Below are positions 13,629-23,534 of a stretch of 64,000 bases of DNA, one piece after another. The first letter of the stretch is position 1, and every line of letters starts with the position of its first letter. This DNA is from Blasia pusilla (taxonomy: Eukaryota). The notes beneath the pieces are model-generated. The model had not been told where the DNA came from. It saw only the letters and a program-made list of their open reading frames with translations, and ran no database searches. The position numbers and the translations under genes are program-made. The DNA lies in NCBI GenBank assembly GCA_050084515.1, contig CM114271.1, positions 12,152,001-12,216,000 on the forward strand, given 5' to 3'.

Positions 13629-15482
13629 ATGCCTCGCGAAGACTCCATGCCTATTCTGCGAAGTGCGGCAATGCCTATGGTCAAGCTGTCCCCCGAGCTG
13701 GTCGAAGCACTGGAAGAGCGCTCTTTGGCGACTTTCTTCCAATCAAATTGGACACTGACATCAGGAGAGCTCCTCGGGGAACTTCGCTCCTCAACGGCAG
13801 CCGCTGAATCTCGAAGGAAGGGTCTTCGATATCGAGCTCAGCCCCAACATTGGAGGCCGGATGATTGGCAAGCCACTTATATGCTCCCGGTTGCTCCAGA
13901 GTATGAGTATGATACTGAGGCCTTGGTGAAACACGAAGATTTGTTGGCACTCGGCTGTGTCACGTTTGATCGTCTGGGCAGGAATGGTTATAAGGCTACG
14001 TCGTTGTCTCCACCATTATTTGGACAGTTTTGTAAGCATTTGATGACGTTATTTTATCCCGCTCGATCTTACTACCTAACCAATAAGCTCGTCAAGATGA
14101 ACTATCTCCTTTGGAATCAGCACTTGGATCCCGAAGCACCGAGAGTAGACTTCACTTCCTTTGTCAACGGAAACGTACGAGCAATGCTGGAGGCGCTTCC
14201 TCCAAGCACGAAGTCATACTTATCGCCTTTTTTAATCCATCTATATCTTCATAAGCAGGAATTGACGGCGGACAAAGCGCTCGAGTGGTCGCAGGTCACT
14301 CCCGTTCGCTTACCAAGAAAGAACGGAGCGGTCACTAGTGGGAGCCGCGAAGGCACACCGCCAAGCGAAGCAACCCTAAAGCAACATCCGCATACTTTGG
14401 CTTTGGGCAAAGTCGAGGGAATCACCGAACTGCCAAGACCAAAGCACGGCACGGTCAATTTCAAAACACCCTCGGAACAAGAACCTGCTACTCAGGAGGA
14501 CTCCGATGAGACGCCTCGTGCTAGCGATCATCGTCGTGCACTTCGTCTCATGTCCCAAACAGCCAACGATATGGTGTGGTTCTTGAATTTAGCTGTTCCG
14601 GTCATGAATCAACTGCAACACGTTCTCCACCTGGACGACACGGCAATGGTGGACGAGTATTTACAAGGCCTACATGACCTCAATTGTCAGGCTCAGGCTT
14701 CGTCCAACCACGAAGTACAGCGTAAAGTGGCGGAACCAACTCTTCAGTTGCGGGATCAAGAACTCGAAGACACCAAAACCACGCTTTGCAAAGTTCAAAG
14801 CGACTTAGTCCAGAATCAATACGAAGCACGAAATGCGCGCCAATGGGAGAGCTTGGCGATTAACCTGGAGTGTGGGGCTGATCAATTTGCTTCGCAGATG
14901 AAGGAAGCTTCTCACCTCATTCAACAATATCGACACCAGATACATCGCGTGCACAACGAATTCAAGAAATTGGCCACCCAACATGCTGAATCTTCAAAAG
15001 TGCTTCAAGAACAGTAAGAAACAAACAAAGACTTACTAGCGTAGTGGTCAGAGGTTACAGGGAGGATCGCGGTATTGGAGGCGGAGCAGAAACTACTTAA
15101 CAAAGTGCAATTAGACCCGGAAGATGTCAAAGAGTTAATCGAGGAAGCTGCCAAGAGTTTCGAAGAACAAATGAATGAAGAAATTGACTATATCAACAAA
15201 CATTGGAAGCGCCAATTCGACAATCATACAAAGTCTCTTCCAGAAGTTGTACCCACTCTTTCAATTACTCTTGAAGACTTACCATTATTTACTCCATCTG
15301 ATGTCTTAGTCCAGAACGAAGTACTAGGGAGTAAATTAGTTGTTAACAAGTCGCGAGAAAGAATGCGCAATCATACCCCTAACATTATCAACAAACCTTC
15401 TACTATTCACGGTCGTTTTGCACCTACACCTAAATTTGATAGTTTAGATGATACTTTTATGGAGATAGGAGAAACATCATGA
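13629..15482 (+). pseudogene. Extra ORF between integrase and PPT (env-like position), coiled-coil C-terminus
   Basis: 462-aa ORF plus an in-frame 135-aa continuation after stops; Q/E/L-rich heptad-like tail. Confidence 0.7.
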
Positions 15483-15508
15483 AGTGTTCGCCGGGGCGGC
15501 TCACATTT

Positions 15509-15521
15509 GGGGGAGGGGATA
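15509..15521 (+). promoter_or_regulatory. Polypurine tract
   Basis: GGGGGAGGGGATA directly before the 3' LTR. Confidence 0.85.
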
Positions 15522-16741
15522 TGTGATACCCACAATTTTGTACTCTTGAAGAATATATCTTTTTATTCAACGAAGACTCTTATATATTATGATTTTGATT
15601 AAGATTATTTATTATTATGAAGAAGAATAAGTGAATCATGAAGCTCCTGGGACAAGGCAGAGAGATGGAAGATCAAGGATTTGCCTTAGAGGAGAGGAAA
15701 ACGCAATAACAAAGTCTCCAGACTCAAAACGAAGCTTAACGAAGCTCAACAAAGATGTACGAAGCTCTGTCTTTGAAGTACTTCGCTACATAACGAAGCA
15801 TCACGAAAGAAAAGAAGAAAGACGTACTTCGCTCTTGTATGAAGCACGAAGCACCGGAAATAAGAACGAAGCATGGAGTACTTCGTCCTCATGAAGTCCA
15901 GCGAAGCGAAGCTAAGCTAAGAAGGACTGTGATTTCAAGCGACACATGTAAGAACAGTTAAACTAGGAAAGGGCGCGACCCTTTGTATTTAATTGGTAGT
16001 TAGAACAATTTTGTACCGCGGATTCACACGGATCGTAGGAAAAGCTAAGGGAACCATAAATCTAGGTAGTTAGAAATAGTGAAGAGCCACTAGCTTCATC
16101 AAGAACGTTTCGAATCTTGGGATCCCTTCCACTCCAGCGAATATTTAAGAAGCAAGGCAGAAGCAATAATCATCATTCTCTTACGAAGTCCTTATGTTGT
16201 AGGAATGGTCCGAGCAAGAGAGTAGTACCCTCTCGAGCTTGTATACACTTTGAAGCTTTCTCGTTCTTGATGGAGTAGTAAAGCAATCATTCATTCATTC
16301 TGATGTGCGATGCTTATGTATGAGTATTCTTTTTGGGTCTGCAAAATGAGGAGTGAATCAGGCGAACCTTTCTCATCAATGAAATAATCAACATGAGTTG
16401 TAGGAAATCTGTTTGACAAAGAGTAACCTGCCGAGACGGATTGAGTTCCGAAAGTAGGAGAAGTCAGCTTTTGTGTTGAGGTCTCTGTGAGGTTTCCTGA
16501 TGTCGAGAGGAAAATCTACCTGAACATGCTGTCAATTCCACTAGAGAGAATCGAGAAAAGATCCTTTGGTACTAAGAAAGATCAGAAGATATTGATAAGA
16601 CATTGAATATAACTCATACACAGTTAAATACAATTATTACAACAAAATTGTAATTCCGAACTCTCTTTTCATCAAACAATGATCCTCTTGGGGATCGAAC
16701 TTATTAAAACGACTGTAAACTAGAAACACTTGTACATTACA
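15522..16741 (+). repeat. 3' LTR, family A
   Basis: Near-identical to 5911-7130. Confidence 0.95.
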
Positions 16742-16789
16742 TATACAAAGAAACTTTTTGTATATGTAATGTACAAAAAGTGGGTACCC

Positions 16790-17095
16790 GCGCAACCCAT
16801 TGGAGGCCAAGGCTTCCAACGGGTTGCGCGGATACCTTCCCTTGTTACCCCAAGACGAGGGAAGCATGCAACCCGTCAGTCTTTGACGGGTTGCGTGGGT
16901 ACCTCGCCTTGTTACCTGACGACAAGGGATGCGTGTAGCCCATCGGTCTCGAACAGGTTGCCAGGGTACCTCGCCTTGCATCCCCAAGACGAGGGAAGCG
17001 TGCAACCCGTCGGAGACCGATGGGTTGCCCGGGTTCCCATGTGCAAAGTTCCATAATGGCTGACACGTCGCCGTCGGTACGACCCAACGGTCAGC
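16790..17095. repeat. Tandem ~70-bp units each holding the MULE palindrome, upstream of the cargo gene
   Basis: E.g. TGCAACCCGTCAGTCTTTGACGGGTTGCG (16868) and TGCAACCCGTCGGAGACCGATGGGTTGCC (17001); TATAAAAGG follows at 17112. Confidence 0.8.
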
Positions 17096-17392
17096 TCAAT
17101 GGCTCAAAAAGTATAAAAGGCTGAGATTTTGATCATTTCTATTTTTCATTTCGTGATTTCATATGCTCTTCCTTGCAGCTGCTCACGTTACCTTTTCGCT
17201 GCTAAACTCGGTTACATTCACCCCTATGTTGGAAGGTTATGACAATCCAGCACCTGACGCTTCCAGGATTTGATTTCGGCAAGCCCATTTGCTGGAGGGT
17301 CACGGCGCTTCATCACGAAATGCTTAAAGGGATCTATCGTGCAGAGGAGCAGATTAGACTGTCGAGGAGGAAGAACTAACCCAACATGCACC

Positions 17393-20300
17393 ATGACGAG
17401 AAAGAAAACACAAGCAACCAAGGTAGGGAGCATCACTCCCAAGTCCATCAGGACTCCTGCGTCACCATCTCTAGGTCCTCGTTTGGCAAATGAGATAAGG
17501 CAACAAGAAATAGAGGAGCGAGAAAGGGAAGCAGATATGCACAGGCATGAGGTTTTAGCAAAACGTGTTCTGGAGGAGCTCGCCAAGCAAAATGCCGAAG
17601 TTCGGAAGGCCTTGAAGAAAAGAGTCGCAGACGGGAAATGCGAGAAGAAGCCTCTTGACGCCTTCGTCAGGAGAGCAGAATTTGTGAAAGCTCGAAGGGA
17701 AAAAGCAATCGCCATTGAAGAAAGCCCTGCCCGTCCAACAAAGAGTGTTGAGATGCAAGAAATGTCTCCGATGAGGTCTGGGAACACCATGAATCTAAAA
17801 TTGGCTGAGGAAACAGCCGAAGTTCAAGTGACGGACGATGAGATCATGAGGACAGTAAATGTGGAGATGGTGGACATCTCTGAAGAAGTAGGAGAAGAGT
17901 CTTCGTTGTCTTTGAGCCCGGTGGAAGAGATCGACCTTTATCGGATTGATGAGTTCCTCTTGGACTTGCCAGCTGCTGTCCTAGAGTAGCTGGTAGGCCT
18001 GGACACCAACCCAATCTTTGAGCGGGTAAGAAAAATTCGGGTTATATGAAGGCTCAATTATGCAATTCATTGGAAAATTAGTGTATTTTATTGACTTGGT
18101 CCCCATTGTGGCAGGTTGTTAAGCAGATGGAGGGCTAGAAGGCCCCAAGAATTCCACTCTGTCGATTGCGGAAAATAGAGTACGTCCGCGAAATTCAGTC
18201 GGAGGAGGACATTACAGAGCTCAAACAGTCGGCAGCGACTGCATCCTACGTCGACAGTTTCCCTCCATTCTATGTTCAACCTTACGATGAACATGGAACC
18301 AAAGCTCTGATGATGGAAGAGGACTTGGAGGCGTTGGATACTTTCTAGAAGATGAGAGATCAGGAGTTCAGAAGAGCAATTGAAGGAACCCAATTTAGCT
18401 GGATGCGGAACCTTTACTTCTTCATCTGGGATGGGAACCACAGATACATGGCGTGGACGCACTTTGCAGAGGAGCGCCCAAATTCATTGGAGGCACATTT
18501 TTGCGTGAAGGCGATCGTGCTCCATCCATTTCCTCATCACATAACAACGGTGGAAATGGCCATGCATTCGATGAATACGTAAGTTTCCTCTTCCTTAAGT
18601 TTGATTGCTTCAACCCGTCGGAGTCCGACGGGTTGCATAATTGGAAAGCTTAAAGATGGGCAAGAATGATTTGAGTCTCTTGCCACCATCTTGTTTGTGG
18701 TCAATGTCATAGTCAAGCAATCATTGTTGGGCGACGATCTAGTAAATGAGATGGTGGCGAAGGGAGCACAAATAAAAAAGAAGCAATGGGCAAATACCTT
18801 CATTTTTCAAGATGCAGCCGTCACAATCCTATGTTGGTCCAAGATCCAGGCCGCCAAGAAGAGTGCTTCGTTGGAACTAGAGCAAAGGGAGAACGTGTCT
18901 GCGTCGGAGCGTGCAAAGTTTATTCAGGCTGCCGTATCTGCAGCTACAGAGTATACTACAAGCAAGATGTAGCGTTACATTGCGATTCTTAGCCCCGAAC
19001 TTAGCGCGGAGTTTTACAAGGAGCTCAAGACGATAATCAAGCGCCAGCGGAAGAAAGACGAAGATCCACAGTGTCGGATCGGAGGGAAAGTGTCTCTAGA
19101 CCGCGTGCACAGGTTTGCGCTGTCTCAGATATCCGAGTTTAGGCGAATCTGACTAATGAAAGTCAGTCTTGAGGGAACTAAGGCCCAAAAGCGGGCGGCA
19201 TACCACCCTCCGGGTGTTTTAGATCCAGTGATCTCCCATTGGCTACGGGAATGGTCATTCTGGAACGCATTGCGCCTTCTCGGGAAGTCCATTCTCTTGG
19301 GTCTACCAGCGGAGCTGAAGAATATTGAGCTAGTTCCAAAGGAAGGAAACCTAGAAGTTGAAGAAGATTTTGGACTATGGCTTGATGATATCAGAGATAA
19401 GCCCACGAAAAACCCAAGATTCAAGATGATGTTCAAGAATCACATCCTCCCTCAGGAAAACTTGGATGAGGAAATAAACGCCAAAAAATGGGATTTGCAA
19501 AGAAGAAGCGGGATCTTCAGGCCCAAGCGGCCGAGTCATCTTGACAAAGAGCTGCCCAGTGGATGGTGTACAAGTACCTCATCAATTGTATGAATGCAGG
19601 TACCTGGCGAAGATTACCGGCAACATGCAAATTGTGGGCTTCTCTGCCTGATGGAGAGGGATTCTCCATGTACGACATGGAGATGAGACAGGGCATGTCT
19701 GAGTGGGAGGTTATCAATTTTCCAATCTGGTTGGACTTCAACAACCCAGAGGACATTACAAAAAAAAATCTACGCGTGGTGTGTGATGCAGTGGTCGAAG
19801 GTAGGGACGACATTCCGAACTTCGTAAAGCCTGAAATTTTTTTTGAAGGAGATGCGGAGGAGCAAGCCCTTGAGATAGTGGAGTTGGTGGCAAAGGTTGT
19901 CACCCCCAAAGACAAATCCACAGTGGGTTTGAAAGCCAAGGCGAGGGGATCGAGGAATTCCGAGGCCGAGTCTTCTAGAAAAGAGGCTGAGTCCTCAAGG
20001 CGAGAGGCGGAATCGTCCAGGCGAGCAGGGCGAGAGGTCCGGACTAGGTCCTTGTCCAAGAAAACTCCTGTGGAGTCTGAGGTAATAGAGACTCCCACAA
20101 GCCAACACCAGACTCGGGAGAAGCAAAAGCGGGAGGCGTCTAGTTCGTCCGAGGGAGGCGCTAAGGATGTGGAATACACTCCATCCTTCTTGGGCAAGCA
20201 TAGGGAAACTACCACCAAGACAAATGTCCTTATTCAGTTGACTCATCTTGTCGATCAGCTGCAGAGTTTCAGTTCTCAGGAGTCGACACTTGCCATCGAC

Positions 20301-22160
20301 AAATTGATCGTGCTGAGACAAAAACTCCTTCGAAACGGGCCCGCCCCCTGGATGGTGCATGGGGTTGTTGAGGAGGTGGCGATGGACCTCCTCATTGTGG
20401 ATTTTCCTTCTGGGTTTTGCTTGTGGGACAACAATCTGTCTGACACTATCACAGACTAGAATGTCCCGCTTTTGTATGACCAGATCGCGCTGTTGTTTTC
20501 TTTTGCCGATGCGTATGTGAGTGACAGGGGTTGTTTCTTGGTCCTCACTGGAGGGAGCAAAGACAAGCTCTTCAACCTTCAGTGCGCGAAGAGGTTGTTG
20601 AAGTGGAGGACGGCGCAATCATGGGTCATTAAAAACGAGTATCCACTCAGATCAGCGACGAGTCAAGTTTGGGTAAGTCCTCTTTTTCAACGAATTGAGT
20701 TTGACCAGAAATTCAACCCGTTGGATCCCAACAAATTGTGTCTGCGGTGTTGCAATCCATCTGAAAGCGACGGGTTGCAAATTCACCAACAAGTCTCCAT
20801 TGAATGCAACCGGTCGGAACTCAACGGGTTGCAATTTGCACTGCTTTTCCACATGTTTATGGACTGATGCAACCCCTTTGAAAGCAACGGGTTGCTCTAA
20901 TATTAGGAACTTCTCAACTCTGAAAAATTGTATTCTGTTGTAAGCCAACCAGCGGACTCCGACAAGTGGAGGTTCTGTCCAGCAAGATGAGCAACTTGTC
21001 GGCTTCCGACGGGCTGCTCGTGGCCAGTAAATCCACTTAGAGTTGTAAAACAACCCGTCGGACTCCGATAGGTTGTTGTTCTGTCAGGCCTATAGGGCAA
21101 GTTCAGACGAGTTGGTAATCACTTTGGACTAGTATGACAGGTTGAAAAGCAACCCGTCGAACTCCGACAAGTTGCTCCTCTGCCTAGCCAAATGAGCAAC
21201 CCGTCGGATCCCGACGGGTTGCACATTGTGTCACTATATTGAGAGAAGACTAGCGGTCTACTAGCTTTTTCTTTTTGCTGACATTGTTTTCCACCTGCTT
21301 GTTTACAGATGAACCACTCATTTTTCTACAGCTTTGTAAGGCTCAAGCACAACTTCCAGGTGTTCCAAATCCCGGATCCTTGGATCCATGCTCCGATGGG
21401 TAGAACTTAGATAGTCTCTACAATTTCCCCCCCGGGGAATTTACATGTAGGACGGGAACCCCTTACTTGGAGGAAGGGAGAAGTCACCTGCCTTGATGCA
21501 AACGCTCATCAAGCTCTACTCGAGGCTAGTTGACTTGATCTTTGACTTGGTGGGCCTATCAGGGGCGAGTATCAGAGGCGCCTAGCATAGTGGTAGGATC
21601 ATTCTCTGCCTTGAGGGAAGGCCATAACTTTTTGACCTTTGCAAAGAGGCAAAGGCGGATTACGAGAGGCTAGTGGGAATATACAACTTCCTCCAAAGCC
21701 AATAGCTCCAATTCTAGAACCACCATTGATAATGACACCATCGTCACTTCCTACTATTCCAAAAATCGAGAGGGCAAAGCCGACAGTCATTTTGGAAGAG
21801 CTATCGGACGATGACAAGTGAGTTCAAAGATTTATTGGACTCAGCTTTACTGAAGCATTTTGGAGTAGGGATTTAGTGCTTTCCAAGGACGGAGCACATA
21901 TTGATACTAGATGGGTGTCACCTTGCAGAGCATACAAGATTTCTTGTGGAGGAAGGCGTTGGGACTTAAATCATGTTACACGGGACCGCAATGGTGTACC
22001 TAGGGGGGGGCCAAGGCTCTCAAATTCCCCAACATTTATGATCCCCGTCTACAATCGGCCAGAGGAGCCACTTGTATCCCAAGACATTCCTTTTGTATAA
22101 GAACCTAGGAGAGTTAGAAGTAAATTTGTAGATGACGAGGCTGAAGAAATCAAAGACTAG
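17393..22160 (+). pseudogene. Spliced gene: ParB/Srx-like domain fused to a beta-class N4/N6 DNA methyltransferase-like domain
   Basis: Introns at 18026-18114, ~18579-18648 and 20673-21308. ParB-N: IPLCRLRKIEYVREIQSEEDITELKQS..PFYV..YFFIWDGNHRYMAW..VKAIVL..MAMHSMN. MTase: MDLLIVDFPSG..LFSFADAYVSDRGCFLVL..SWVIKN..|MNHSFFYSFVR..GREKSPALMQTLIKLYSRLVDLIFDLVGLSGASIRGA*HSGRIILCLEGRP*LFDLCKEAK (21472-21660, absent from the ORF track). Confidence 0.7.
20710..21225. repeat. Palindrome array in cargo-gene intron
   Basis: About 10 copies, e.g. GCAACCCGTCGGATCCCGACGGGTTGC at 21197. Confidence 0.9.
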
Positions 22161-22304
22161 ATCAAATGTACATTTCCGAGCTTTGCTCAGATGTAATAAA
22201 GGACAAGAAGTTTTTGAACCATGATGGTTTTTGTAAACTTTTGCTGAATTGTTTTTCGTTCTTGTCGATTGTGTAGGTCTATATACTTGAGGTTGTTTAT
22301 ATTG

Positions 22305-22720
22305 TAACTAGTCGGATTTCGACGAGTTGCAACTTGTCACAATATTTTAAACCCCTTTCAGGCAACCTGTCAGATTCTAATAGGTTGGGTCTTGAGTGAT
22401 CCCACTCTTTTCTTGTTAGTCCAACTTTTTAGGCATTCTGGCAGGCTTCTTCACTTTTGCCTCATTCTCCCATTATCGTCACACCATTCTTCTCTAACAC
22501 CGTATTTCAAAGACGTGTTGGATTCCTACTACTTGTCGAATTCTCATGTCGGATTCTCATGGGCTGCAGGGCGGAATGGAATCACTTGTCAAGATCCTTC
22601 TTTTGTTGTGGTGTGCTTGCTTGCAAGGGATGCAACCCATCGGATTCTGACGGGTTGCAAGAGTTGCAACATGTCGGATTTTGACAAGTTGAAAGGGGTG
22701 CAACCTGTCGGATTCCGACA
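22305..22720. repeat. Palindrome array downstream of cargo gene
   Basis: E.g. TGCAACCCATCGGATTCTGACGGGTTGCA at 22631. Confidence 0.85.
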
Positions 22721-23534
22721 TTTAGGGTCTAAATGAAGGGATATGGGTGCATTGGTTCCTCTTTACTCCTGACATCTAACAACCTTTTGGTTCAATTTTT
22801 GTCTCAGTCCGATCACATTTTCTTCTTGATGCATACCGATAATTCTCAGTGGTTGAGAGAATAGTGAAACCAAGTTGTCAAATGCACAGCAGTCCATGGT
22901 ATACTTTATGCACCCATTCATGAGCCAACATCATACAATGATGTCATGAAAGTCTCCGAATACCATCAGTGATGAGTGATTTTTTCTGTTGTGGAAGACC
23001 CCCTCATGGATGAGTATTGATTAGATGGGATATTTAATGCCTTTTGCAAGAAGAGTCAACAATCCATAATGTCAACCACATCTTCATAGAAGTTAAACCT
23101 TGAAGGGCACATGAGTCTATTGGGACCATAGTTAGAGTCTTTATTTGAACCTTTCATTTGAGATGAAATTGCTACTTCTGGTCAAATTATCTGTCGATGG
23201 TCCTTCAACAATAATATCCCTCTGCCCGACTTACAATAGAGCTGGCTTAGACAGGCAATGTGAAGAAAATTGAGCTCACATGGAGAGTGATGGAAGGATT
23301 TTTGTAGTGGTCTTATGATGTCTACTTGTTTTTCCAAGCTTGGAAAAGGAAGGTTACTTTAGGCCCGAATGTGGTCCACTTGCTCCTCTCTTCTAAAGAT
23401 TTCAAGAATTTGAAAGCAAACAAAAATTTCAAAAATGTCAAAAAGTTTTGAAGAGAGGAGGTGGATTCTGCCCTTTTTTTAATAGAGACTCTCCTCTCCT
23501 CTCTTCCTCTCTCCTGACTGAATACCAGCCCCTA

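Larger units (their letters stand above)
5911..16741 (+). mobile_element. Full-length Ty3/Gypsy LTR retrotransposon (family A, Athila-like PBS, extra 3' ORF)
   Basis: Two 1220-bp TG..CA LTRs differing at about a dozen positions by eye, plus PBS, gag, PR-RT-RH-INT order and PPT. Confidence 0.95.
2464..23534 (-). mobile_element. Mutator-like (MULE) DNA transposon with ParB-methyltransferase cargo, itself interrupted by LTR elements at 4906-16775
   Basis: GTACTCAAT is duplicated at 2455-2463 and 23535-23543, and the host RT reading (KCKFFYNQIEY/LGHTIYP) rejoins across it. Ends are short, imperfect GA-rich inverted repeats. Contains a MULE-type transposase remnant and a family-specific palindrome throughout. 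Confidence 0.8.

Noticed and set aside
19517-20618. Long minus-strand ORFs (233 and 207 aa)
   Set aside because: Antisense shadows of the + strand cargo gene, which carries the motifs and splice sites.
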